From Mayamaea pseudoterrestris (taxonomy: Eukaryota), in NCBI GenBank assembly GCA_027923505.1, contig BROI01000017.1, forward strand, positions 248,001-312,000: 64,000 nt of DNA, written 5' to 3'. Made by a program: the position numbers and the translations under genes. The notes below the pieces were generated by a model, which was given only the letters and a program-made list of their open reading frames with translations, did not search any database and was not told the origin of the DNA. Positions 10,353-21,611 of the stretch are shown here, piece after piece (within the stretch, counting starts at the first letter, position 1; every line of letters begins with the position of its first letter).

Positions 10353-11601
10353 CGATTGTCAATGGGAAGCAAATCCACCGTGGGATGGCACGTGGACGAT
10401 TTGAAGATTTCGCGTCGACGTGAGCGTAGTGGATGAGTTCATCGCGCAGATGGATGAGGAGTTTGGCAAGGAGACTCAATGAATGAAGTCACGCGGAAAA
10501 GTGCACGACACCTCGGCATGGTATTGGACTATACTAAGCCTGGAGAAGTAGCAATCAACATAGTTGACTATGCTGAAGAACATCCTGCATCATGCGCCAG
10601 ACGACATGGATGGAACGGCAGCTACTCCGGCAGCCAAGTCACTTGTTTCAGATATCGGAAAATCCTGTCGCAAGAAGCGAAGAAGCAGATTTTTGTGACG
10701 ATTGCATGCAGTGTCTGTATCTGAGTTCAGCGAGCGCGACCGGATATTCGCACAGCGATTTCTTTCTGAGACGAGGCTGCAGCAGCCTGACGAAGACGAC
10801 TATAAGAAGGCTGCAAGAGTGATTAAATATTTACGCGGAAGCGTGGACATGGTGTTGACGCTGAAGGCGGACCAGTCCCGATAGTCCAGTGGTGGGTGGA
10901 TGCGTCAAAATGCGCCCGGTGCACCCAGACATGAAGGGTCACACTGGTGGGAACAAGCTGACACCTGGCCAAGGATCAGTGTACAGTACGTCGGCTAAAC
11001 AGAAGTTGGTAACAAGAAGCTCGACGGAGAGCGAAGTTGTGGGAGTTCATGATGTGCTACCGCAGTTGCTGTGGACAGGATATTTTCTGAAGGCGCAAGG
11101 TTTCGGGGTCAAAGACACGAAATTGTATCAAGACAATATGAGTTCAATGCTGTTGGAAAAGAATGGCAGAAGCTCAAGTACAAAGCGCACGCGACACATG
11201 AATGTTCGGTACTTCTTTGTGAAAGATCGCGTGGCAGCTGGTGAAGTCAACATTGAGCATTGTCCGACCGGAGACATGGTCGCGGATTTCTTCACGAAAC
11301 CATTGCAGGGAGCCCAGGTTGGGAATCGCCGCAACCTGGTTATGAATCTGGCCTCGAGCAATAAGTACCACTACTCGGCCCAAAGGGAGTGTGTTGAGCA
11401 TGGATGAGAAACCCAAACCGAAAGCGGCAGCGGTGACGTCACGAAGACACGTCGCATTTAAGCGCGGTAAGCGGCAACCGAAGGAGTGGATCGAGGACGA
11501 TCACTTCTTGGAGAAAATAAGTAAAGTGGTTTTATTGACTCTGTTCTGCTTAATCATTAGTGTCGCTTCAAGGGCGCGCAAGATATATTCTAGATCCAAC
11601 A
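10353..11601 (+). mobile_element. 5'-truncated Ty1/Copia (CoDi-type) LTR retrotransposon: RT C-terminus, RNase H, PPT, 3' LTR
   Basis: WHVDDLKIS at ~10386; HLGMVLDYTKPGEV; DDYKK..RVIKYLRG; HPDMKGHTGG, KQKLVTRSSTESEVVG, YQDN, RHMNVRYFF, ADFFTKPLQG. Frameshifted. Purine-rich aaagggagtg precedes the LTR. Confidence 0.92.
11392..11601 (+). repeat. 3' long terminal repeat (210 bp, TGTTG...CAACA)
   Basis: Begins TGTTG immediately after the PPT and ends CAACA exactly where duplication copy 2 begins. Confidence 0.8.
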
Positions 11602-11694
11602 AAGGCCGTCTCAAGTCTCAAGCCTCAAGCATGTCAGTAGAAGCGCTTCAATAATTCAATGATCTGCTTACCTTTAGTAAACTAGCAAGAAAGT

Positions 11695-13184
11695 ATGCTA
11701 ACCAAGCCAGCCATGATGCGTAGTCGCTCGCATACATCGTCCGACGCTTGCAGCAGTCGGTCGAAACTCTTCCTTCCAGATCACCACGACGCAATCACCA
11801 AGGACGTTGCAGCGGGATGCGCCGTTACCATTGACGCTTTTTCCTACCAAAGCGACGACGAGCCGCTTCGTGTCGTTCCGTTTTTCGAGATTCAATCTCC
11901 GCTGGAAAAGAAGCGACGATTGGGACGCTATATTCGCAACGCTCATTCTTCGCGCGCCACGGCGAGCTATTCGCAGACTCCTTCCGAAAGTCGCTCACTA
12001 CGATTGCTACAATGGAGTTGCTTATTTCCAAGGGAAGTTTGCTTTGAATTGGATCAAGACTGCCTACCTGGTGACTTGATACTTTTTGACCCGACCGAGC
12101 CGCTAATCTACGGAGAATTGGACGGACGTCAAGATCCTATCCTTGTGCAAGCAGCGCATCTTTTCCATGTACTGCTTGAGGAGCATCGCTACATTTGCAT
12201 GGCGCGCCGGGAAGCTGACGATGAAGACTTGAATGCTGCTGTTGACGAGACTCTTGGTTGCATAATAGCCTTGCTGCGCGAGTGTCCGTGCGTGGCGCAA
12301 GTTCATTATCCGCTCCCTAGCGAGTTTTGGATGGACAAGAATGAATGCTACTGCTTTCCGCTGGTTCATTTTTGCGTCACCAACTGTCTTGAAGGGCTCT
12401 CGGCATGCTATCACGCCTTTCCAGAAGCAATAGGGTGTACAGTGCACGGTTGGCTGCCCCTTCACTTTGCTGCGAAACATTCCACTTATTCAGTTGTCCA
12501 GTTTTTGCTTGAAAGGTTTCCCAATGCCGCTCGTCGTACACACACTCGGACGCACAAGACGCCACTGCACATTGCCTGTCAGCGACATGATCCGAATGCC
12601 AAGAGTAGTATTATTCGAAGAATCATGCAGCAGTATCCAACGGCGCTTCAGCTCGCCGATCGACATGGCTGGGTTCCGGTGCATCATTTATGCGCATGCA
12701 AGTCGACTGATGTCTACTTGCTGCAAATGGTAATTGAAGCCAGTCCAACAACGATACGAGCCACGACGCGTCATTGGAGCTACCTACATATTTTTTGCCG
12801 CCAAGGATCTGCGCGACGGATCAAATGCATCATTGAAATGGCACGACCTATTCCCGCCAAGGTTCTGCGCGAATCGATTCGATGCATTATTTGCTCAACT
12901 CGGTGCATGCTCATTCGTTGCAAGCTAATGCGACGGATCTGGACCAAAATAACATTCTCCACTGCATTGCGAATAACTCGAGTGCAACCGCTGATGCTGT
13001 AATATATCTTCTTGCTGCGACTGCAAAAGGTAGATTTGGTCGAGAAAAGCTGTTGGAATGTCTAAATATGGACGGCGACAGGCCGATTGACATTGCCAAG
13101 AGGATGCCTACTGGCGATGAAAAGTCAAACATTGATCAACTCTTAACAGTACAATCATCTTCTTGCGATAATGTGATGCAATAG
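11695..13184 (+). pseudogene. Ankyrin-repeat protein copy 2, frameshifted (pseudogene or consensus error)
   Basis: Nearly identical to 6739-8145 up to RATTR, then a frameshift. The C-terminal part resumes in ORF 12882-13184. Confidence 0.75.
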
Positions 13185-13247
13185 CACGGCCACCTGCCAC
13201 AATCGCATTAATGGTGACAAATATGCACTGCTCTACCTATTACATGA

Positions 13248-14870
13248 CTAAAGATTTATGATTGTCGTAGTACGATACTGCATTGAGATATCAAGCTTTG
13301 TGAGTAACTTGTGACCGCTGCGCCTCGCGAAGCAGAAGTAAAGCTCATGGAGATTGCAGCCGACAGCGGACACCAAATTGTAATCACGAGGAATGGTAAG
13401 ATCGACAGTAATGTCGAAGTTATATGCAGTAGCTTGTCCAATTTGCAGGTCATCTCCAGCGACAATGTCGGTCAAGTTGAAGGTCCTAATGTTGCTCTGT
13501 GTAGCCAGACTCACTAGCTCCACATTTGACGCGCTCGTCGTCGGCACTCTGACTCGCTGCATCACTGTCAAATCCTCAAAGGCGTTCGTTGCATCTCCAT
13601 TGATAGTAAATCCAATCACTTGAGATGCGCCAAATTGCGATTTCAGTCGTAGAGGCTCCGAGCAGTCGCCTACGTATACTAACGACTGGAGCACATTGCC
13701 TGGCGACACGTCATCCGATCGGTAGATGACAATGCTTTGTGACGAACCCAGCGTTCCTCCGTTTGGACTTTGAATGATAAAATCTTGTCCTACTCGCACA
13801 AATCCACTGAAATACACTGTCTGCCGAAACTGAACCATGACGTAGACCCGTGTACCAGGCGCTCGAGATATCGTACCAAAATCAAAGCAGACAAAGTCTT
13901 GAGGCGTCTGCGAATCAGCACAGGTGCCACCTTCAAGTCGCATGACAATCTGCGTTGGCGTGTCAGAGCAGACTGGATTGATAATGGGCAAACTCTCGCA
14001 CTCTTCACATCGAGTATCCAATTCAATTTCACAGGTGGCAGCCGCTGTTGGAGATCTGAATGGTTGATCTGTCGGAACTTCCGTTGGACGCAGCGTTGGA
14101 CGAGAAGTCCCTGGACCCATAGTTGGTCGCTTTGTCGCTGGCGGCTCTGTTGGCCTACTAGTGGGTCTTTTAGTTTGTGTCACAGGCGTAAAAGACGGTG
14201 ATCGCGTCGGTAGTGCTGACATTGGAGTAGATGATGGTGTACTGGTTGGAGGTTGAAGTATCATTGGAGCACCCGTTTTCGGAACTCTCGATGGGCTGCC
14301 AGTCGTAGGAGCATCGGATGGCCGTCTATTTGGACTGACAGAAGGATTCTGGACCGGCTTTGCTGATGGGACGATGTTTGTCGGAATTTTCGTTCTTGGA
14401 GAATTTGTTGGTCTGTTCGTCCGAGGCGGATTCGTCGGTCGAGGCGTCACACGCGGTCGTCTTGGTCGTTTCGTACGCGGAGCATTTGTCAGTTCCTTTG
14501 TCGGAGAGGATGATGGTAAGTAGGAAGGCTTACTTGATTGTGGTGCTTCTGTTTGTTTTGTCGGAGCAATTGTCTTAATTGGTCTAGATGTTGGTCGAGG
14601 AGTTGGCCGCTTTGTTCTTCGTTTTGCCGATGGAGCGCTCGTCGGCATAGACATTGATTCTCCACCCAATAGATTGGTGCTAGGATCTATGAACGCTTCC
14701 AACGAGCCGTCAAGTACAGGAGCTATCAGCTCTTGGTGGACTCGCAAGTTCCGTTGGCGTCGCATTCTACCTGAAAACATGAGTTGTTCTTCCGCTGTCA
14801 CACTCTCCCCTCGGACGACTGCTGCAATCGCAGCATCGCTAATTAGAAATGTAAGGAAGTGTAGTTTCAT
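13248..14870 (-). CDS. Pro/Thr-rich secreted protein copy 2 with altered C-terminus
   Basis: Same architecture as 8379-10028. It diverges after YNLVSAV because the 3' end is replaced. Confidence 0.7.
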   Translation of the reverse strand: MKLHFLTFLISDAAIAAVVRGESVTAEEQLMFSGRMRRQRNLRVHQELIAPVLDGSLEAFIDPSTNLLGGESMSMPTSAPSAKRRTKRPTPRPTSRPIKTIAPTKQTEAPQSSKPSYLPSSSPTKELTNAPRTKRPRRPRVTPRPTNPPRTNRPTNSPRTKIPTNIVPSAKPVQNPSVSPNRRPSDAPTTGSPSRVPKTGAPMILQPPTSTPSSTPMSALPTRSPSFTPVTQTKRPTSRPTEPPATKRPTMGPGTSRPTLRPTEVPTDQPFRSPTAAATCEIELDTRCEECESLPIINPVCSDTPTQIVMRLEGGTCADSQTPQDFVCFDFGTISRAPGTRVYVMVQFRQTVYFSGFVRVGQDFIIQSPNGGTLGSSQSIVIYRSDDVSPGNVLQSLVYVGDCSEPLRLKSQFGASQVIGFTINGDATNAFEDLTVMQRVRVPTTSASNVELVSLATQSNIRTFNLTDIVAGDDLQIGQATAYNFDITVDLTIPRDYNLVSAVGCNLHELYFCFARRSGHKLLTKLDISMQYRTTTIINL

Positions 14871-15410
14871 GGTAAATTTTGGATGTCCATTTGCTGTCAG
14901 CGGAGTGCTTGCTGTATTCAAAGTTGTTTCCTTGCTGCTGGAATCCGTGGGCTGAGAACAGCAGAGCGAGAGGGCGCCAGGCTCTGTCGGTGGAGTGCTC
15001 GCCAAAACGTTTTTAAATTTAGTCTTGCACCTTCTGGCTGCCGTTCTCTGTAAAAAACTAGCTCATCATCTGCATCTTGTACCTGTGAAAGTTTGGACGA
15101 CGATAGCGCTGGTTGGCACCCTTTACTGTTGGCAGTCAAAAAACATCGAATCAATAATCGCTATAGAGAAACGAGACAGCAAATATCATGACTTTCATCG
15201 TCTGTCCTTTATTTTGTGCATTAAAACAAGCCTGGTCCGTGGAGCAATCATCTTTGCCAACTCGTGGATGAAGGAGGCGTCAGAAAAAGCTGGCTCGCGC
15301 GCGCGGCGGAATTAAAACCCACGTGGCTACGTGGCACCTCGTCTCTCTCTACGGGACCCATAAGACAATTTTGCTAAACTTTCATGGCAATAATCTATGT
15401 CACAAGGGCA

Positions 15411-15716
15411 CATTCTACCTGAAAACATGAGTTGTTCTTCCGCTGTCACACTCTCCCCTCGGACGACTGCTGCAATCGCAGCATCGCTAATTAGAAATGT
15501 AAGGAAGTGTAGTTTCATGGTAAATTTTGGATGTCCATTTGCTGTCAGCGGAGTGCTTGCTGTATTCAAAGTTGTTTCCTTGCTGCTGGATCCGTGGAAC
15601 ATGAGCAAGCGCGAGAGGTGCGCCATGTCGGGTGGAGGCTCGCCAAAACGTTTTTAAATTTAGTCTTGCACCTTCTGGCTGCCGTGCTCTGTAAAAACTA
15701 GCTATCTGCATCTTGT
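15411..15716 (-). repeat. Third, partial copy of the 5' end and upstream region of the Pro/Thr-rich gene
   Basis: Carries copy-2 variants (gaaaacatgag, gcatcgctaattag) but has clean upstream sequence matching 10090-10226. Confidence 0.9.
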
Positions 15717-15902
15717 AACAGGAAAGCATATGGATCCATTGTAGTGCCGGTGCTGAAGTGTCGCAACCCCGCGTTCACACTCCAGTCATGAATACTAAAA
15801 TGCATTGTCAAGTAAGAGTAGTAAACACTAGATACTGTGGTTAAGATGCAAATAAATTGTTGCGAGACCAATACATATCCCTTCCACCGTGCACTCGACC
15901 AT

Positions 15903-16769
15903 TTAAAGCATGAAAGAGAGACCGACCAACAGCATGGAGGATATTGCAGAAATCAACACATCACCGCTAGTTTCCGTGTCTGCAGGTGCAGGTGTGCGAT
16001 CGGTTTGGTCGCCATTTACACTTTCAAGGCCGCAATCCAAGGAACAGTTGGACGGAATCTCTTTGCCAACAGCGTCGCAACCCATGTATGTCTGTAGCTC
16101 CGCTCGACAACTTCCGCATCCACAGTCAGTCGCAATGGCTGGACAAACTCTATCCGTTGCTTCCTCGCAGCTTGATACTGGGCCTCCGTTATTTAAGGCG
16201 TTTCGAGTACAATCCACGCAAGCAGTGATTCCGTCCACCGTGAAACCCGATTCCTCCATGCAAGATGTAAATTGAAACTGCACCGCGTCGCACGTATCAT
16301 AGCTGCACTCCAATTCACACTCGTCGCGTCCAGCTTCCACCAAAGCGCAATCAATATAGGTTTCAATATCAGCTGTGCATTCTCCGCAGTTGCAGTCTCG
16401 AGTCAAGGCAGTGCAAATGCTCGACTGAAACAGTGGACAGCCCTTGGTTGGATCAGGAAAGGATGCTGCCACGCAGTCATCGCAGTTATTGACATCCTCC
16501 AAGGACATTGTAGAATTCAAACAACTTTGGTAGACGTTGATTTGCGATTCGCAAGCTCGACTTTCTGGCGCAAGCGTCGGAGCAGACGATGGAATATCCG
16601 ATTCTGACTGAAGCGGAACGCTAGAAGGCGGATCGCTGATTGCTGTGGCTGGTGTAAGGGATGTCAATTCTGTGGTGTTTGTCGCATTGCTAGGAGAAGG
16701 TGCCACGCTTTGCGCATTGGCAAGCGTGACAATTAGTAGAGCAGTGAGAAGGAAGGAAAGGAAATGCAT
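15903..16769 (-). CDS. Secreted Cys-rich protein with two internal repeats, probable GPI or C-terminal membrane anchor
   Basis: Signal peptide MHFLSFLLTALLIVTLANA, Ser/Thr/Pro linker, two repeats (C...Y/FxSC...CxxC...C...C...DCxCGxC...YxxC...CxLxC), C-terminal small-residue site plus hydrophobic tail. Confidence 0.8.
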   Translation of the reverse strand: MHFLSFLLTALLIVTLANAQSVAPSPSNATNTTELTSLTPATAISDPPSSVPLQSESDIPSSAPTLAPESRACESQINVYQSCLNSTMSLEDVNNCDDCVAASFPDPTKGCPLFQSSICTALTRDCNCGECTADIETYIDCALVEAGRDECELECSYDTCDAVQFQFTSCMEESGFTVDGITACVDCTRNALNNGGPVSSCEEATDRVCPAIATDCGCGSCRAELQTYMGCDAVGKEIPSNCSLDCGLESVNGDQTDRTPAPADTETSGDVLISAISSMLLVGLSFML

Positions 16770-17384
16770 TGTTGATGTACTGCTAATTCTTCGGCTATCC
16801 TTGCATCTGCGGATCAAGTAATGCAGCCTATAATCGCAATTGAGATCATGATGAGTTTATAAGTGATCGAATCATCCACTCCGACAACTGCTTGGCTCAA
16901 AACAAACCAGCACAAATTTTCATCGCATCTTGCTTAACGCAAGGCCAGTCTAAGCTTAAAAGCTAAGCCATAGCAAGTAATCGCCATCCTCTCCCGCACC
17001 AATCAAAGAACCCTCTACATGGTCGACTTACAAACAACTCGTTCGTCCAACCCGCTTTGTTGGCTTTCTATTAGAAACACGCTCACGGCCATTCGCGTGA
17101 CGAAAAAGATCATCCAAACGGAAGCTGCGCTCATCGTGTGCCGCGCACCTGCTCGCCCGGCTCGCTTGAGACACAATCCTTCGGTGGGATTTACTCTATC
17201 AATACTCATCACACTACTAGGTAGACTATGCAGGCCCACCGGAAGTTTGAACTAACTACGAGTGTACAATTGTTTTAACAAAGTCGAATTTGGAACACGG
17301 AGAGATCGAAAGCGTGACTCGAGCAGCATCAAAAGTTCGATCAACCCATCAACAGCTGCATTCCAGCTAGAGACAGACATTAGC

Positions 17385-18256
17385 TTATAGAGCCACAAAA
17401 GCAAGTGCAGCAGCAGTCACCAATGTAGCAGATGCAACTGTTCCAAAAAAGGACGCTCCAGAATCACCTCCGTCGCTTCCACTTCCACTGCCATTTCCTC
17501 CACTGCCATTTGATGGCGATCCATTCTGCGGCGCACCATCTCCGTTATCTTCTGGCGCAACCGTTGGTGCAAGCACATCACTCAGCAAGTCACCCTCGAG
17601 CGTTGTGCATCGACAAGTTGCATACGTATAAGTGAAAATGTAGCTGCAAACGTCCTCGCGCCTGTACACGTTGCGCGTATTGACCAATTTTTGAACACTT
17701 TCGCAAGGAAACCGACGCATTGTTTCGGGTTCATCTGGATCGGGGCTGTTTGTTAAATAGTAGTGCATGATAAATTCAGCATGAGGAAGATTTCGTTTTG
17801 TTGGTTTGGAAAAATCGAACAGATGATGCCTATATATGCCATTCTATATTCCACAATTTACACCTTGTCCATCCATTCGACACACTGCAATAAATTTACT
17901 TACAAATTGACAACTGCATTTGGTTCTCCAATCATGTTATCGGTTCCTTCCCCGCAAATATTGCATTCCTCTCGTCCCAAGGACCGCGTTGGAGGAGGTG
18001 AAGTAGTCGGTGTTCGTGTCGCGTACGGTGCATCTGTGGTTGGTGACATTGTGGTCGGAGTTAACATAGTTGTTGCTACTGATGTAGCAGCTGCTGTAGG
18101 AATGAGAGTTGTCTGAACGACCGTTCCAATCGCTGTAGGTACAAGTGTGCCTGGGAGCTGCGTGCCAGCAGGAGTTGGAGCGATCGTTTGGGCCGTGACA
18201 AAGAATGAGGCGAGGTTTGGAGTCAGCACCAGCAGCAAGGCTAATCTAGTGGTCAT
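17385..18256 (-). CDS. Two-exon secreted Thr/Pro-rich, Cys-domain, probably GPI-anchored protein
   Basis: Signal peptide, T/P stalk, CNICGEG...; GT-AG intron 17903-17746 joins in frame (VVNF-PDPDE...FPCESVQ...CRC). Gly/Ser spacer, then SGA and a hydrophobic tail. Confidence 0.75.
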
Positions 18257-18419
18257 GACGGAATATAATTAAATTGTATGCACAACCTAACAAAATGCCT
18301 CTTACGGTGACAAATTAAGTTTGTTTTGCTTGCTTTTGTCGATGAGCCGATGCAGTCAATCCATATGGTTTCGGTCATGGTCATCACAAATTCTGCGAGA
18401 CATTTTCGTTACCGCTACG

Positions 18420-18700
18420 AGTTTTTAGTACCGGTACGATTCCGACTACATTCACAGGTGAATAATTGTACGACTCTCCCGGCTGCGAGCTTCCCATCTT
18501 AGGAAGGTAAAGATTCTGTGAATAGTCGCCAATGAAGCAGTACCTTCGCTGGCAATGTGGCACATTGTTGACACGATCCGACCGAGCTTCCTTAATCTTC
18601 GTGTTGACCAACGTCCTCTGCGCATTTGCAAATTGAACATTATTATTCTCTTCAGTACCGCTGTGATGTTTGAATCGGCGCGCCGATCGTCCGTTTCCAA
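18420..18700 (-). mobile_element. Degenerate DNA-transposase remnant (Sola/DUF7869-like family seen in stramenopiles)
   Basis: AQRTLVNTKIKEAR...FIGDYSQNLYLPKMGSSQPGESYNYSPVNV resembles the DYxQNxxLP..GxxQPGxTYY.SPxxV motif recalled from such elements. No termini were identified. Confidence 0.5.
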
Positions 18701-18804
18701 TCCAAGATGCGAGTGCCACACCTTGAAGAAAGATAGCTCGGCCGAGAGTCTGGTGCGTCGACGATCTTGTTGAGGTTCTTTGATAGGCTTGCTGCTATAG
18801 TCGA

Positions 18805-20229
18805 GTGAAAAGAGTGTCTGGCGCTATCTGTAACTGTATAAACTACCAAAGTATGCAGCAAGGTCTTCATCATCATGACTCGAATTCGGAGGATGCTCCG
18901 AGGAGACAGGCAGCGCCACAGAATGAATCCGCGACGCTGACATGTTGCAGTAATCACAATATTGAAAGCATAAGAAACGACCGCGAAGATGTCGTCGACG
19001 CCGCTGCTTCAGAATCTTCGCCATGCCCACGGATGGAGCATCGCATCAGCAGCAACATTATCGACGATGCCGATGGCTCCATTCCATCCAATGAAACTCT
19101 GCTCGGAACGGCCTTTATTACATTCATGGGATTTGCGCTTCTTCAGCTTTGTTTCGCGTTAATTGCAGGCTCGGAAGCCATGATGGGTGACAGCGCCGCC
19201 ATGATTGTTGACGCCATGACCTACTTGTTCAATCTATACGCCGAGCGTAAAAAGTCTCAAGTCAATGGCAAGCCAGACGAATACGCCAGCGGAAGATACA
19301 CGTCGGCAGATATTACGGCCATGGAGCGAACCAAGCGCAAGCGAGTGTTACAACTAGAAATATTACCGCCGCTATTTTCCGTGTCCATCTTGGTGGTTGT
19401 CACTGTCATCATTCTGCGATCAGCGCTGCAAACGTTGATCCTTGACTTGTACCGAAGTCAGTCGGAACAGCTGAATCCTGATGTTGACTTGATGTTAATT
19501 TTTAGCAGCGTCAACCTTCTATTGGATGGTTTGAACGTTTTTTGCTTTGCCAAGGCCAAGCATCTTCGAGGATATGCGGTTGTGGATCAGGTCGATTCGG
19601 AAAAGGACGAAAACGATGAAGAGCTGAAGTCCAAAGAAAGTGCGGCAGCCGCATCATTGCGAGATGAAGCACAGTATATGGACTCTGAATTTTCTGCGAA
19701 GGATGAAGACTGCTACGGTCATTGGGACGCAGACGAAGAGTGTGGCAAGTCTCTGACTTGCGAACGTAAGAATTATGCCGACCGAGACAGTGCATCTGAC
19801 ATTCAAAAAGATTTCTCGCGGCCTGAGCGCTATGGAAGCGACCAAGATAGTAATGAGGATGTTTGCAGCGACCACGATGACCTAGATGGTGTTGTTTTAG
19901 TCACTGACACTGCCAAGATGATGCTTGATCCGAGCCACAGTCATCGTAATGCGGATGGAAGCAACCATGCCAACCTCAACATGTGTTCAGCATATACACA
20001 TGTTTTTGCTGATACTCTTCGCAGCATTGCGGTGCTTATTGCCGCCGCCATTGCTAAACTTGTTCCAGGTGTCACATCGGAGGAAGCTGATTCCACCGCT
20101 GCCGTTTTTGTTTCTATTTTGATTGTCCTGTCGCTCGTTCCCTTGCTGCAAGGCTTGCGGCGAAGCGGTTCCGAACTCATTTCCATTATGCGGGCCGAGC
20201 GACATGAAGCGAGGCAGCAGGTGCGGTAG
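18805..20229 (+). CDS. Cation diffusion facilitator (zinc transporter family)
   Basis: Six TM segments; AGSEAMMGDSAAMIVDA (TM2); NLNMCSAYTHVFADTLRS (TM5); long acidic loop. First ATG is at 18853. Confidence 0.85.
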   Translation: MKRVSGAICNCINYQSMQQGLHHHDSNSEDAPRRQAAPQNESATLTCCSNHNIESIRNDREDVVDAAASESSPCPRMEHRISSNIIDDADGSIPSNETLLGTAFITFMGFALLQLCFALIAGSEAMMGDSAAMIVDAMTYLFNLYAERKKSQVNGKPDEYASGRYTSADITAMERTKRKRVLQLEILPPLFSVSILVVVTVIILRSALQTLILDLYRSQSEQLNPDVDLMLIFSSVNLLLDGLNVFCFAKAKHLRGYAVVDQVDSEKDENDEELKSKESAAAASLRDEAQYMDSEFSAKDEDCYGHWDADEECGKSLTCERKNYADRDSASDIQKDFSRPERYGSDQDSNEDVCSDHDDLDGVVLVTDTAKMMLDPSHSHRNADGSNHANLNMCSAYTHVFADTLRSIAVLIAAAIAKLVPGVTSEEADSTAAVFVSILIVLSLVPLLQGLRRSGSELISIMRAERHEARQQVR

Positions 20230-20409
20230 ATTGGTACATACATTTTTTTGAGTCGTTCACGCAATTTCGAACGGTTTAGACAGGGCTACATAGTAAACAA
20301 AGGTAAACTTGCCAACCATGTAGTATATGAAATGAAGTAAAATGTATACTACGCTATTTCAACGACGTCTTTCTAACTCCACACCCTGACCGACCTTTGT
20401 CTCGTTACT

Positions 20410-21611
20410 TCACTCATGATACTGGGTGTTTGGCTGCGCGTATGGATCCTGGTTCGCCGCGTCGCCGTAGGCATCATATCCCATGTTGGCATCATAGAAT
20501 TGTTCATGCTGTCCTTCTCCGTGGGTCGCATTGAAATGTTCCGTCTCCATTTGAAAGCGGATCTTGTCTTCGGCGGCCATGTCTTCGTACTTCTTCTTCT
20601 CCTCGTTTGTCAGTGCACGCCATCGTTCTGTAATGAGAAAAGTGAGTGGCATTGATAAAAAGAAACATCCAACACACGCTGCAATCACCAAGAAGTGCTC
20701 ACCACCCATGACTCTACCAAGCTCAACAAATTTAATCCCGACATGCTCCTTGAGAACTAGGGGACGCATGTAATTAGTGAAGAAGACATATGCTCCACTG
20801 GCTCGCTTCGGCGCACCAGGAATTTTTGGTTGGCGCCTGTTCTTCTTGCGGGGACGCTGCTCTTCAATTAAAACGCCGTGAGCATCATGGCCCGGAGGAG
20901 GCACGTATGCCTGGATTTCTGCTTCATATCGAGCCTTATCTTGATCCGCTCGAGCTTCCCATGTGGCCTTGTCCTCAGGGGTCAAGTGCTTGTACATGTG
21001 CGACGTGTACTTTGAGAGCTGTCCAAAGGTCATGCCAGGGTTTTCTCGTTTGAACTGATCGCGCATGGCATTCTGATAGAGCAGATAGGGGCTCAAGTTA
21101 CGCTTCGGAGCAGCAACGTCTCTCTCAGATCTTTTGCCACGTCCGGCCTTGAGCGGGAGCGGTGAAATGACTGCGTCTCCTTTGGCGTCAAACCCGGCGC
21201 TCGGCACGTAGCTGGCCAACTCGTGAAGGTATCGCGCCTTGTCCGCTTCCGCACGCGCTTGCCAAGCCTCCTTCTCGCTCGGTGGTAGCTCAGCATACAT
21301 GGCGCTAGTGTATTTGGAAAGCTGGCCAAAGGTGAAACCTGTGTACCGGTTAAACGAAGTAGACAAGTTGTGAGAATTTTATATTTCAACGCATCCATCC
21401 CAAACAAGAACTCTCGCATACCTGGGTTCATGGCCTTGAATTGTTCACGCATGGCATTCTGATAAAGCAAATAAGCTGACATGTTGCGCTTGGGCGCGTT
21501 GGTGCTAGTGACGGTAGCATGATTTTGTGAGTTGAGGAGTGGAAATGGTTCAACAAAGAATCGGCAAATACCAGCATTTACTTACTCCCTGGCTGGACGT
21601 TTGGTACTCAT
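20410..21611 (-). CDS. Triple HMG-box protein (multi-exon)
   Basis: ATG 21611 (MSTKRPAR) with three GT-AG introns. Three boxes: APKRNMSAYLLY, APKRNLSPYLLY and APKRASGAYVFF, with W..L..EEK..AxxDKxRY/F-type helices. Confidence 0.88.

Larger units (their letters stand above)
11602..15202. repeat. Segmental duplication copy 2
   Basis: Paralog or allele of 6646-10352 with scattered substitutions, a garbled insertion near 12770-12870 and a deletion/replacement near 13270-13355. Confidence 0.95.

Noticed and set aside
12770..12870. Programmed frameshift or intron in ankyrin copy 2
   Set aside because: It is a garbled local duplication of ccgccaagg(a/t)tctgcgcga with no splice signals; mutation or consensus error.
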